NCBI RefSeq assembly: GCF_009914755.1 | Contig: NC_060934.1 | DNA length: 64,000 nucleotides | Source of the DNA: the human T2T-CHM13v2.0 reference genome, Homo sapiens | Reading direction: 5' to 3' (one strand) | In this document: positions 29,349 through 50,650 of the stretch, one piece after another | How positions within the stretch are numbered: position 1 is the first letter of the stretch | Layout of the letters: every line of letters begins with the position of its first letter | Notes under the pieces: generated by a model | Databases searched by the model: none | What the model was told of the DNA's origin: nothing | The model's input: the letters and a program-made list of their open reading frames with translations, nothing else | Program-made: the position numbers and the translations under genes

Positions 29349-30088
29349 AATTTTTGAATGAAGGAATTAATTGAAGGGAAATGGAGCTTTGGAAAATATT
29401 TAGTTGGAGAATGTGAAATTAAATGAAAATAACTTGACTCTAAAGGTACTGGGAATTATTAATGACAAAGTAATTATGCGCGTTTTAAACTCAAATAATA
29501 GAAAAAGATATTGCAGTATTGAATTCTGTAACTGACAAAATGGTTTTTGAAACCAAAAATGAGAATTCATTGATTTTATCTTTCTGTCATCTTCCAAACA
29601 TCTTGAGAAACCAGGTCAACTGTAATTATTTAAAAATAGAACTTCACTAATCTGCTGTGATCTTGAAGGTGTTGCCTTCTCCAAAATGACTTGCTCTGTT
29701 TTGCTTTGGGGGTCACTGCCATCCCACATCCAGTCTCTAGCAATTCCTAGTGTGACTGTTTTCTCTGTAGCCTGGTTGAGAAGGAAATGTTGAACAGATT
29801 TCAAGCATGAGTTACGACTGCTGTGTTCAATAATACTGGCTGCAAGCTTATGTCATTGGTCAGTGGGACCAAGGCAAGTAGTGTAAATCAGATCAGAACA
29901 GCTGTTGGAAAAAAATGTATTTCTTCCTGTTGTAAATTAGATCAATGACAATGATTCTATGAGTAAAGGTCAGGGAGAGTTCACTGTCATCAGTTAACTT
30001 ACAGTAAAACCTTATCTAGCCTTGTTTCTCACAATTGAATTTTCTAAATAATTGAACAGTTCCTTTTTGTGTAAAATATGAAACAAAA

Positions 30089-30742
<654 letters not shown>

Positions 30743-30824
30743 TTAATCATTTAGTGCTTTAGTGCTTGCAGATGGCTGAAATGTGACAGTTCATTTGTAC
30801 TTAAAGGGATCTCAGAGTGCTAGG

Positions 30825-32350
<1,526 letters not shown>

Positions 32351-33458
32351 TGTTTATACATTTTTTATTAGTTTTCTGGTCCACAAAGCTGCGGTAATTA
32401 CAAGGGAATTCAAATATTAGGTCCTCATGCAGACTCCAAATCAAAGTGTGCACAGATGCGTCCGGTACAGATATGACAGTTATCTTTGAATTTTCTCTCC
32501 CTAATTCTTCTTTAATGTGTGTATATTACATCTACATAGGTAAGAAAGTTAGTCTTCCTCCTGAACTTCCTTTTTCATTAGAGTAAAATATTTTTTCTCA
32601 TATTGATTAGTGTTTAATAGAGTCAGTAAATACCCTTGCATTAATATGCTGACAAGTAGATTTTGACAATTTGAAAAAAGCAAAGGATGAATTAATTCCT
32701 GTGGGGTCTATGAATTTTATATTTTAAAGCAGTTAAAGTAGGGGAAAAAACCTACACACACAGGACATTTTATACTTGAAACTGGAATTATTTTAGCAAG
32801 TGAGGATGCCAAGTAGAATGTCAGTGTATAGAGATTTAGCCTTAATGATATATGCTTGAAGTAATGATTGAGTCTAAACAAATGTTCCACCTAGATTAGA
32901 GGTTGTCTGTTTGAATAATTTTAGGGATGGACAAAGTAGTTGTATTTCTTAGCTTATAGGTACAAAAAGCTGGTGTGCAAAATAGGTACTTGTGAAGGGA
33001 ATTTATACCAATGTGTCATGTGACACTTCTGCAGTCAATTTGTAAGATAAATTCAAATAAGGCTTTCAGTTCTGATGACAAACAGGAAACATTCACGCTT
33101 TTTGTTTCTCACAGTGAAATACAAGCTACACTAGTGATGTAATAGGAACGAAAGAAGAAGGAAATGCCACAGTTAAGTGGACAACTGCAGTCAGGAAATT
33201 CTTAGCTGTTACTTTGCTACCTTTGCCATCTTGCTGAAAAGCACTGACTAGACCTAAAGGGAATAAACAGTTAATGCTTTTGCTGTTTACTAAATCTAAA
33301 CAATGCTCATGTCTCCATAAACAGTAGGTACCGAAACCTCAGTAACTGCTTACACAGAATTCTAGGCCAAAGAAGAGACAGATTTAAGATGTATGTTAAA
33401 CTTGTCAATATAAACTTGTCAATATAAAGTCATTCTCTGACTGATTTTTCATTACCAG

Positions 33459-33522
33459 TTCCTTCCTTCCTTCCTTCCTTCCTTCCTTCCTTCCTTCCTT
33501 CCTTCCTTCCTTCCTTCCTTCC
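33459..33522. repeat. (TTCC)16 = (GGAA)16 microsatellite, followed by a pyrimidine tract (Alu tail-derived)
   Basis: Directly visible, 64 bp uninterrupted. Confidence 0.95.
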
Positions 33523-33574
33523 TTTCTCTTTCTCTCTCTCTCTTTCTCTTTCTTTCTTTCTTGTTTTCTTTTTC

Positions 33575-33887
33575 TTTTTTGATGTAGTCTTGCTCTGTCG
33601 CCCAGGCTGGAGTGCAGTGATGCAATTTCGGCTCACTGAAACCTTTGCCTCCTGGGTTCAAGCGATTCTTCTGCCTCAACTTCCCAAGTAGTTGGGATTA
33701 CAAGCGTCTGCCAACACACCTGGCTAATTTGCGTGTGTTTGTGTGTGTTTGTGTGTGCGTGTGTTTTTAGTAGAGATAAGCTTTCATCATGTTGGCCAGG
33801 CTGGTCTCGAACACCTGACCTCGGGTGATCTGCCTAACTCAGCCTTCCAAAGTTGGGATTCCAGGTGTGAGCCACCCCACCTGGTCC
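33575..33887 (-). mobile_element. AluS with TG-expanded linker
   Basis: Reverse Alu dimer. Confidence 0.85.
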
Positions 33888-34464
33888 CTGTTCATTTTCT
33901 TGATCGTGACTGTAGGCAGAAGCTAGTACTGCTCAGAGTGTGATTTGCCGCGATGGCTCTACTGATTTGGAAGGCAACGTGACCTTGCAAGCATAGACAG
34001 TACAGTTGTGTTAGGCCAAGCTGCTATAACAAAAAGTTTCTTTCTTTCTCACTTAACTCTTCCAAGGGGAGCAGTGCAGTCAGAAGGGCAGCTCTGCCCC
34101 CCAGGGACTGTCACCTTCTGCACAATGACAGTCTGTAGTCATGTCTGGTCTGATGAGAGGGAGCAGAGTGCACATGCTGAGGTGGCGTCTGTCACTTCTG
34201 CTCTCTCCAGAACATGTCACGTGCAGCACATCCAACTGGAAAATACCATCCAGACAGTTCCCAAGAAGAGGGAAAAATGGAGTTTGGCATAAAAATCACA
34301 GTCTTCTTTAACTTCATTTATTAGAAATGGTTTAGATCTTGCTCCTGCAAAGTAAAAATGAAAAAAAAAATTACTAAAATAAAAAACAAAAAAGAAATGG
34401 TTTACATAATACACACACACATACACACACACACACAGATGTTTAAAATAAAACATCTGCATAT

Positions 34465-35775
<1,311 letters not shown>

Positions 35776-36733
35776 TCCTTTCCATTCTTACTTGTTCTTT
35801 AGTATATCAGAAACATCTCGAAAGTCTGGCCTTTAACACAAACCCTGGTTTTCTTCGGAAAGAACAATACGTAAAAACTTTTCCTTTTTAGGTTTCACAG
35901 ATTTCGCTTCTTTAGGCTCTTGCTGGTCTTCTTCCTCTTTCTCTATTTTTAAATTTCCTTCTTTTCCGCTGCCCTTCTTGTTTTTCTTTTAGAATAATTG
36001 TATGTCATCTGCTCTGCTTAAAATTAGATGTTCCTCTCTAATATTTACTAATTCACCCATTTTACTTTACTAACTTACTAAGTCTTTAAAAGTAAATGAC
36101 TAAGCCTCACCCCAATTCTTGAAAAAGGAAAGGAAAAAACAAACAAACAAACAAACAAAAAAGCCCAGCCCATTATAGTGGACTAGAAGCTCCATATAAG
36201 GCTTATAGTTGGGATTTAAGGATGAGGCCAATCCTCTGAAATTAAAGAATCATCATAAATGGGTCAGAGCAGGGAAGGGTAAAGATAGCCCACCCCAAGA
36301 AAGGGCCACTAACATCCTTGTTGAGGAGAAGGGGACTTCCTAGTGTAGTCAGAGGAGCTATACTGCAAGCACAACCTTCGTAGGAGTTAATCAGAGTAAT
36401 TAATGTGAAGAAAGTTGTAACTCATCCAAACAGTATACTATTGCAGCAATGCACTGGCAGAAGAAACGGGCAGTGAGTGGTCTGCATGAAGCCTAGAACC
36501 AAGAGAGCCAAGGAAGAATATCTCGGTCACTGCGACTCTCATTTTATCTAGATGGGAAGGTACCCTGGGCTAGCCACACCAATGTGCTGAATAGTTAAGA
36601 ACAATATAAGGAAATGCTTTTTGGAAGTAGGAAGTAAATATTCATTCAACAAATATTGACTGCCTGGAGGATAGTAGGCACTATGCTAAGCCCTATGTAA
36701 CTCTCAAGCTATGTGGTATTAGATGCTTAGTAA

Positions 36734-37219
<486 letters not shown>

Positions 37220-37524
37220 TAACTTAGGTAAGTTAGTTAATATCTTTAACCCAGCTTCATCATTTGAATAATGGAAATAGTTATTGAAACTCCATTTCAG
37301 AGGGTGATTATAAAGATTGTATTAGAGATAACATTATAATGAATACATGTCAAGCGTAGAGTTAGCATTCAGTAAATGTCAGCTACTTCTATAATTATTA
37401 TCTTTAGAATTACAAGACTAATTTATATGCTTTTAACCTGGTTTATAGCTTTGCCTTCAGGTTAATCCTGAGCTTCTGTTTTATGGTTATTCTAATTTCA
37501 GATTACTTTTAATATTGATTGTTA

Positions 37525-37935
37525 GACTGGTGTTAAATCAAACTAAATTTCGGCTTTAGAGGCCTCCATACCAGTTCTGTATAACAAACTGCAGTCTAAC
37601 TCAGTATGTAAACAAATCGAAAGCCTAATTTATAAGTATGGTTTTGTAACAAATAGCTGAGTCTCAGCCAATCAGAGCAGCCGAGCTTCAGCCAATCGTA
37701 GGTGGTTAACTGTTTAAACCAGGTTCAAATAAGGCTGCACTGAGTTGCAACCAATGGAGCTGTTTCTGTACCTCATTTCCTTTTCTCTGTGCATTAATGT
37801 TGTTTGACTACTTGTTGGTTGTAATGACAGAGTCTTTCTGAACATGTTCTGATTTTGGGGCCTGCCCCCTTCATGAATCATTCTTTGCTCAGTTAAGCTC
37901 TGTTGATTTAATTTGTCTCAAGTTTTTATTTTAAC
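37525..37935 (+). mobile_element. MER57-family LTR
   Basis: Tandem CCAAT boxes, TTCAAATAAGG, GCTGTTTCTGTACCTCA; paralogous to 40224-40618. Confidence 0.7.
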
Positions 37936-38170
37936 GCTGGCATAGTACTTTATCATTATGTATTAATAGGTTTTGCTTTTCTTTATTCATGCAAATATTT
38001 TATCTCAATATTTTTGCAATGGTGTATTTAATATCAAGATTTTATTTCAAAATATGAAAATTATAGGTACTTTTGAAAACAGTATTGACAAGTTTCCATT
38101 TTGAACATTTATTTATATTTTCCTTTATTGATAGTTTCAACTGGCCTAAAAATATCAAAACCATGTTTAG

Positions 38171-38458
38171 TGCAAGAACAGAAAACCAAACACCGCATGT
38201 TTGCACTTATACGTGGAGGCTAAATGTTGGGTACTCATGGACATAAAGATGGTGACAGCAGACACTGGGGACCACTGGTGGGGAGGGAGAGGGAGAGGCA
38301 AGAGTTGACTAACTAAATACTGGGTGCTGTGCTCACTACTTGGATGAGGGATTGTTTATACCCAAACTGCAGCATCATGTAATGTACCCATGTAACAAAC
38401 CTGCACATGTACTGCCTGAATCTAAAATAAAAGTTGAAATGATTTAAAAAAAAAACAA
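38171..38458 (+). mobile_element. 5'-truncated L1 (L1PB-like) with TSD
   Basis: L1 3' end plus poly(A); TSD AAAACCATGTTTAG at 38157-38170 and 38459-38472. Confidence 0.85.
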
Positions 38459-38482
38459 AAAACCATGTTTAGAATGGACACT

Positions 38483-38805
38483 TTTGTTTTTTTTTTTGTT
38501 TAAGAGGCAGGGTCTTACTCTGTCACTCAGGCTGAAGTGCAGTGGCGTGATCATAGCTCACTGCAGCCTTGAACTCCTGGGCTTGAATGATCCTTCTGTC
38601 TCAGCCACCCAAGTATCTGTGACTACAGGCATGCACCACCATGCCTGGGTAATTTTATTATTAAGATTGTGCTTATTATTTTTGTAGAAATAGGTTCTTG
38701 TTATGTTGCCTAAGCTGGTGTCAAACTTCTGGCCTCAAGTGATCCTCTCATCTCAGCCTCCCCAAAGTTCTGGGGTTACAGGCATGAGCCACAGCACCTG
38801 GCCTA
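38483..38805 (-). mobile_element. AluJ
   Basis: Reverse Alu dimer. Confidence 0.85.
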
Positions 38806-39098
38806 TTCCCCTTTTTTGCTTTTAAAATCTTGTTTCTAACAAAGGCCCAATGAGCTGATATCCAAGGTTACTTGGTTTTGAGTTTTCCAGGCAACTGTCC
38901 TCATTTTGACTCAAGAAAACTCGTTAAATTATGTCTCGTGCCACAGCCTCTTCCTTTTAGGTTGACAAAAACTCAGCTTTAATTTTGTCACTAGAAGAGA
39001 AGAAAAATCTTTCTTCCTTTCATCCTTCTGGATTCCTGGCTGAGTCTTTGTAACAAAAGAGATTAATAAGAGGAAAACCAAGTGAAATTTGTTAACAT

Positions 39099-39816
39099 AG
39101 TTAGAGTAGGTAGTTAGGCAGACATGAGCAGGACAGGAGAGCCACCCACCCCCACGCCCTAGGAGTGTCAGGTGACCACAGGTGATGGTCAGGCCATTGT
39201 TAAACTGTCTCTCTAAAATAACACTTGGTCACAGCCAGTGCCAGGGAAGACAGTCTCCCAGTAGACAGAACACACCTGAAGCTGATGATGAGCTGCTTCC
39301 AGATAAGATCTCAGAAGTTGGATTAGTGGGCTCACACATGCACACTAAGAGGCAAAATGGCAAAGTTCAGCTGGTATATGACCTTCCTCTAGGAATGCTC
39401 AACTGTTAACTGCTAAGAGAAAAATACCTGGAATGAACATGTGCACAACTTTAGTAAACACACCGTGCATGTGGCCCTTCCCAAGTGCTGGCAGGCCACT
39501 GCATATGCAGACAGCCCACCCCAAGGGAAAAATCAGGGGAGGAGAAATGAAAATGCCAGTGTATAAAATCTCAAGTCAAGGGCTGGATGGGGCACTTGGA
39601 TCAATCAAGTCACTGTCTTGGCCCTCTTCCAAGTTGAAATTTACTTCCTTGAATTCCTGCTCTAAAAGTTTACAATAAACTCTCACTCCTGTTCTAAAAC
39701 TTGCCTCAGTTTCTCCCTCTGCCTTGAAACTACTTCTGCCCTGTGGCTGAATTCTTTCCTCCAAGGAGGCAAGGATTGAGTTCGCTGTAGACCTGTTGGA
39801 TTTGCCACTGGTAACA
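39099..39816 (+). mobile_element. MER50 solo LTR
   Basis: GTTAGAGTAGGTAGTTAGGCAGACATGAGC...GGTAACA; TSD ACAT. Confidence 0.75.
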
Positions 39817-39897
39817 ACATGTGTATTTGCACATGTAACACAAGGAAATACCCAGAAATGAGTAACTCAAAGGAGTGTTTAGAATTTAGGCTTATAG

Positions 39898-40204
<307 letters not shown>

Positions 40205-40223
40205 TAGAATTTAGGCTTATATA

Positions 40224-40618
40224 TGGTTAAATTATGTTAAAGCTGCCTCCTTTTATTTTTTAACTTTGGACTAAAAGTTCTCCAAAAATAGGGAACTGTA
40301 ACCTAACTGGATGTGTAAACAGACTGTAACCTACTCTTGAGCCAATCACAGAGTTTTGGCCAATCACTGATGGCCAATTGTTCAAACCATGCTCAAATAA
40401 GACAAATACGTTGTAACTAACGTGGCTGTTTTTGTACCTCATTTCCATTTTCTGTATGTCACTTTCCTTTTTCTGTCCATAAATATTATCCCACCATGTG
40501 ACAGCAAACAGAGTTGCTCTGAACCTATTCTGGTTCTCGGAGCTGCCCAACTGGGGAATCATTCTTTACTCAATCAATCTCTTTTAAATTTAATTTGTCT
40601 GAAGTTTTTCTTTTAATA
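40224..40618 (+). mobile_element. MER57A/B-like LTR
   Basis: AACTGTAACCTAACTGGATGTGTAAACAGACTGTAACC matches recalled consensus. Confidence 0.75.
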
Positions 40619-41102
40619 ATACCGACAAAGGAAAAGTGATTTGGGGCCTCTGAGCAGGGGAGGCAAGTTTTGGGAAGGTGACCAGGAAAGGTATAGTAAA
40701 CAAGGGTAAGATTTGTTATGCAGATTTAAGGCAGTGCATTCTCCATTGACAAGAGTTATCCTTCTCCTCCTGGTACAGAGAGAGAGGCACCCTTAAAATG
40801 GAGATTCCCGTTATAGATGTAAATTCCCCTTACAAAAAAAACCTTATGCTCTGTCCTCAGAGCTTCTCTGTGTTTGCTGTTTCTCAAAATAATCAGCTCA
40901 AAATTATCTTTATGTTAAAGAGGATTTGGGATGGCATGTTTAGCCTCCTACATTACTCTTAGGACAAATAAATACTCGTTTTTCACATTTCACTGCCAAA
41001 AGGAAGGATATGATGATATTCTTGGTATTAAGAAAACATTATAATTTTCAGGGCAATGAAAACCCTCATAGATAGAGACCATTAGTTTCACTAGGGTATG
41101 GA

Positions 41103-41106
<4 letters not shown>

Positions 41107-41148
<42 letters not shown>

Positions 41149-41162
41149 CGCGCGCGCGCACA
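41107..41162. repeat. (TG)17(CG)9(CA)2 alternating purine-pyrimidine tract
   Basis: Directly visible. Confidence 0.95.
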
Positions 41163-41424
41163 GAGAATGGCCCCATGAGATTTAGCACTGGAGTGGGAAA
41201 TGGGCATTATATTTTTGAGCCTCCCCAGGTGGTTTTGATGATCAGCTAGGTTTAGGAAAGCTTGAACTAAGGAAGACCTTATGACTCTCAGTGGGTGAGC
41301 AAATTCTCTGTGAAATATAGAAAGATTAGGAGAGATAAGATGAATAAGAAGTATTAAGAGAGATAAGATGAATAAGAAGTATGATGAAAATTCATAAAAT
41401 CATAAATATTATGAATAGTATGAA

Positions 41425-42459
41425 CATAACCATAATAGGTTTTTTCATGCACGTGCATGTGAAGAGACCACCAAACAGGCTTTGTGTGAGCAACATGGCT
41501 GTTTATTTCACCTGGGTGCAGGTGGGCTGAGTCCGAAAAGAGAGTCAGCAAAGGGTGGTGGATTATCATTAGTTCTTGTAGGTTTTGGGATAGGCAGTGA
41601 AGTTAAGAGCAATGTTTTGCGGGTAGGGGTGGATCTTACAAAGTACATTCTCAAGAGTGGGGAGAATTACAAAGAACCTTCTTAAGAGTGGGGGAGATTA
41701 CAAAGTACATTGATCAGTTAGGGTGGGGCAGGAACAAATCACAATGGTGGAATGTCATCAGTTAAGGCTATTTTTACTTCTTTTGTGGATCTTCAGTTAC
41801 TTCAGGCCATCTGGATGTATACGTGCAAGTCACAGGGGATGTGATGGCTTGGCTTGGGCTCAGAGGCCTGACAGGTTTGTTGCCTGATACATACAGCAAG
41901 TCAATACATCAAGACACTGGGTTGCAGCAGAGAAACAGGTTTAATCATAGGGTCAGTGAACCAAGAGATGGGGAGAAACCTCAAGTCTGTCTCCCCAAGG
42001 AATTTGGGGTTAGAGTTTCTAAGGGTTTTGGAGTGGGCCAAAGTGTGGGGATCATTGATGGGTTGAAGAACACAGGGCGTCATGGAACAGGGAGATGAGG
42101 AAGTTGTATTCTCATGCTGATTCCATTCCTCTGTGTGAGTCTTCAAATTGGTTGCCGAAATTCATGGATCTGAAAAACATCTTAAGCAATCCTTAAACAA
42201 AAGCCTTATGATTCTAATGTCAGAGATCCTGTGTATAGGAACAATGGGGATACAAATCAATTCTTACAGTCTTATGACCCTAATGTCAGAGATCCTAGCT
42301 ATAAAAACAACAGGGTTGCAGATGGTCAGGATCCAGTGGTACGTGACTTTTAGCAACAAGGAAGTGAGCCAGAGTGCAGTCTGATGAATGCTTAATTATA
42401 ACTATATTTCCGTCCAGAACCCTGAGTGCAATTCTTGCCAACCCTGTGTGGTGGTTTCA
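41425..42459 (-). mobile_element. LOR1-like LTR hosting the LTR7
   Basis: Minus strand begins TGAAACCACCACACAGGGTTGGCAAGAATTGCA; TSD TGAA. Confidence 0.65.
41443..41873 (-). mobile_element. LTR7 (HERV-H) solo LTR, full length
   Basis: Minus strand reads TGTCAGGCCTCTGAGCCCAAGCCAAGCC...GCATGAAA; 5-bp TSD GGTTT at 41438-41442 and 41874-41878. Confidence 0.92.
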
Positions 42460-42905
42460 TGAACATGGATGTCTTCATCGGATGAGAAATACCAAGATGA
42501 AATAAATTTATTCAATTTGATTCTTGTGCATGTAAATAAGTCCATATTTACACATGTATATATATGCAGAGAAGATAGTGAATTCTGAGCATTGTAGAAC
42601 CTTCCAGGGGAAGAGCCAATTGCCAGGTCCTAAGAGCTGCCCTTGGCCACCTCTCCAATGCTACTGAAGACAACATTATGGGGAAGGTCAGCTTCACTCT
42701 GCTTCTTAAAGATGAAGAGTGGGGAATTATTCAGAATTCTTTAGGGTGCAAATGCCAGAAACTTCATGGAAACTGGCTTTGTAAGAACAAACAAAATAAG
42801 GATTGGAAATCTATTGATCCAAGTTGCTGAGTGGGATCCTAGCATAGCTTACAGAGTGGAAGAGAAAACTACAGAAACCAAGACCTCAGGGCTTAGAATC
42901 AGGTT

Positions 42906-44070
42906 GATGTAGTTTGAGTATCTGTCCCCTCCAAATCTCCTGTTGAAATTTGATCCCAAAATGTTGCAGGTGAGGCCTAGTGGTGAAACCGCCTTTGCGA
43001 AACTATGACTGAGACAGTGAGCGATCTAACTTAACTGACTCCATCTTGCTTCTAACTTCCAAGCTGTCCTTGTTCATTCCTGGGCGTAGGCTGAACTAAC
43101 TTTGGGAGAAAGTTAGTTTATAATTTAAACAAAGACGGTAATAGCGCTTTCCCAAAGCAGACTTCCTTCTTGCCTGGGGACTAGATTGCCTTCGTAAGAT
43201 TAACATTAGACACAAAATTAGAAACTATTGTTTAGGAGTCATGCAGCTGGAGGCTACAAGATTCTGACCCTCCCTAAAGTGCTTCTAAGACCAGCCCTTG
43301 AGATATTTTGCAGACCCTGCACTTGATGGATCAGCTGGCCCCACCCAGATCAATAAACTGGCTCATCTGATCTTGTGGCCCCCACCCAGGAACTAACTGA
43401 GCACAAGAAAACAGCTCCGACTCCCTATGATTTCATCTCTGACCAGTCAGCACTCCTGGCTCACTGGCTTCCCCCCACCCACCAAGTTATCCTTAAAAAC
43501 TCTGCTCCCCTAATGCTCTGGGAGACCGATTTGAGTGATAATAAACTCCGGTCTCCTGCACAGCTGGCTCTGCGTGAATTATTCTTTGTCGATTGCAATT
43601 CCCTTGTCTTGATGAATCAGCTCTGTCTAGGCAGCGGGCAAGGTGAACCCCTTGGGCGATTACAGTGGGAGGTGTCTGGGTCACAGGGGCAGATCCCTCA
43701 TAAATGGCTTGGTGTCAATCTCATGCAAGTGAGTTCTCACTCTGTTAGTTCCCATGAGATCTGATTGTTTTTTCTTTTGTCTTTTTAAATTTTTTATTGT
43801 TTTGCACACTGAAATATGTACATCTAAGAGATCTGATTGTTGAAAAGAGCCTGGCACCTCCCTCCCCTCTATTGCTTCCTCTCTGCCATGTGACACCCCT
43901 GCCACCCCCTCACCTTCTGCCATGAGTGGAAGCTTCCTGGGTCCTTGACAGAAGCAGGTGCTGTTGGTGTGCTTTCTGTACAGCCTGCAGATCCATGAGA
44001 CAAACCTCTTTTCTTTATACATTACCAGCTTCAGGTATTCCTTTATAGCAAAGCAAAACAGGCTAAGACA
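42906..44070 (+). mobile_element. MST-type MaLR LTR interrupted by LTR8 and a 58-bp insertion
   Basis: TGATGTAGTTTG...GGCTAAGACA termini. Confidence 0.7.
42984..43664 (+). mobile_element. LTR8 solo LTR
   Basis: TGAAACCGCCTTTGC...GGGCGATTACA; TSD GTGG. Confidence 0.85.
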
Positions 44071-44239
44071 CAGGTCTTCCATGTTCCAAGTCCATCTCTT
44101 CGCTGGGTTACCTCTCCACATGTCTCTGCTTTTATTTAAATGTTGTTCTTATTCTTCCTAGCATGCAAAACATATCCAGCGATTGAGGGTGGTCCCTAAC
44201 CAGCAACCTGGAATGAAGGAGTTCATTTCCTTGTCTCTA

Positions 44240-44750
44240 TATCAGCATTTCCCAGACTTTAGCAGGCATCAGAATCACCTGAACTGCTTGTTACAGGACA
44301 GATTGCAGGACCACACCTCTAGAGTTTCTGTTGTGGTAGGTCTGAGGTTGGCCCAAGAATCTGAATTTCTGTTTTTGTTTTGTTTTTTGTTTTTGTTTGT
44401 TTGGAAATGAAGTTTCACTCTGTCATCCAGGCTGGAGTATAGTGGTGCAATCTCGGCTCACTACAGCCTCCGCCACCCAGGTTCAAGTAATTCTCCTTCC
44501 TCAGCCTCCTGAGTAGCTGGGACTACAGGCAAGTGCCACAGCACCCAGCTAATTTTTGTATTTTTAGTAGAGGTAGGGTTTCACCACGTTGGCAAGGCGG
44601 GTCTCGAACTCCTGACCTCAAGTGATCTGTCTCGGCCCAAAGTAGCTCACAGGTGTGAGCTACTGTGGCTGGCCAAGAATCTGCATTTCTAACAAACTTC
44701 CAGGTGCTGATCATGCTGTGAGTCCCAGGACCACACTTTGAGAACTGTTG
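44240..44750. mobile_element. MER5A interrupted by AluS (~44366-44672, minus)
   Basis: MER5A motifs; CCAAGAATCTG.ATTTCT duplicated. Confidence 0.75.
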
Positions 44751-44821
44751 TTATTTATTAATCCCAGAGAATGTTATCTTTCCTGTGGCTTTGCCATGCT
44801 GTTTGCCATGTATTGTTTGGT

Positions 44822-45341
44822 CCTACAGGGGAGGAAAAATGCTTTCTTCTACCATTATAGGTTCTTTGGCTGGTCTATAAATCAAGTTGACATAAAACAG
44901 ATTAATGGTAGAAAAACAATTTTAATTACATACATATGTATGGGAGTCCCACAAAAATTAGACTCAAGGGGGTGGCCAGATGATTGAGATGCATAAATCA
45001 TCCTGAGCTACAGAAAGAAATAAAAGTTTGGGGCATGAGGGTGGTGGAGACAAATTGTGGGAAGGTGAAGGGAGAAAATGTTTGGTGAACAAAGCCTGTC
45101 TTATTATGCAGATAAGTCTCTCAGGTGATCAAAGTTGCCTCAGCATAGCTCTCCTCCTGGTATAGATATTTTATAATTGTAAATGTCCTTTATTAAACCG
45201 GAAATTTATGGTTTATTTTATGTAGTTGAGTGGGAGGTAAAGAGCTTTTCCTGCATTTCTTGATTTTCAGTTTCTTTTAGCTCAAAATAATCAATCTACC
45301 AAAGTGGCATATTTTGGGTCAGCATGTTGTGAACCTCTTCA
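44822..45341 (-). mobile_element. MER34-family LTR
   Basis: TTAGCTCAAAATAATC...GCATATTTTGGG motif. Confidence 0.6.
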
Positions 45342-45499
45342 TTTTCCATTGTTTTCACAATTATAATAAACTTCAGTGCTTCACCAGCTTTTCCTCATTT
45401 AATTCTCAGGATAATCCCATAAGGTAGGTGCTACATTGTTGTGACATATAAATGAGGAAGAGGAGAGTTTAAGTGACTAGCACACCATAGACCTCCCAT

Positions 45500-47420
<1,921 letters not shown>

Positions 47421-47752
47421 GCTATCTCCCTTGGTACTCTTAATTGTAAACAGCAGAATCCATGCAGTTAGTTTAAGCAGATAGGAAATTTATTGATCTC
47501 GGACTTCTTAGGTTGTTCATGGACTTTTCTTTTTTTTCTTTTCTAACGTATAGGAAAAATTTAACCAGGTTGGTGAGTACTAGTGAAAAAATAATGAATA
47601 GCAAAAATGAATAAAGCCCTCATTCACCCTGGGGGTTATTTTCTTCGAATTTGAAATAATCGTTAGTAAGAAAATTTCTTATAGTAATCTGTGATAAATA
47701 CATTTTAAACTGTAAGCTTTGTAAAAAAATTATGTTAAAAATGTTGGCTTGA

Positions 47753-50650
<2,898 letters not shown>

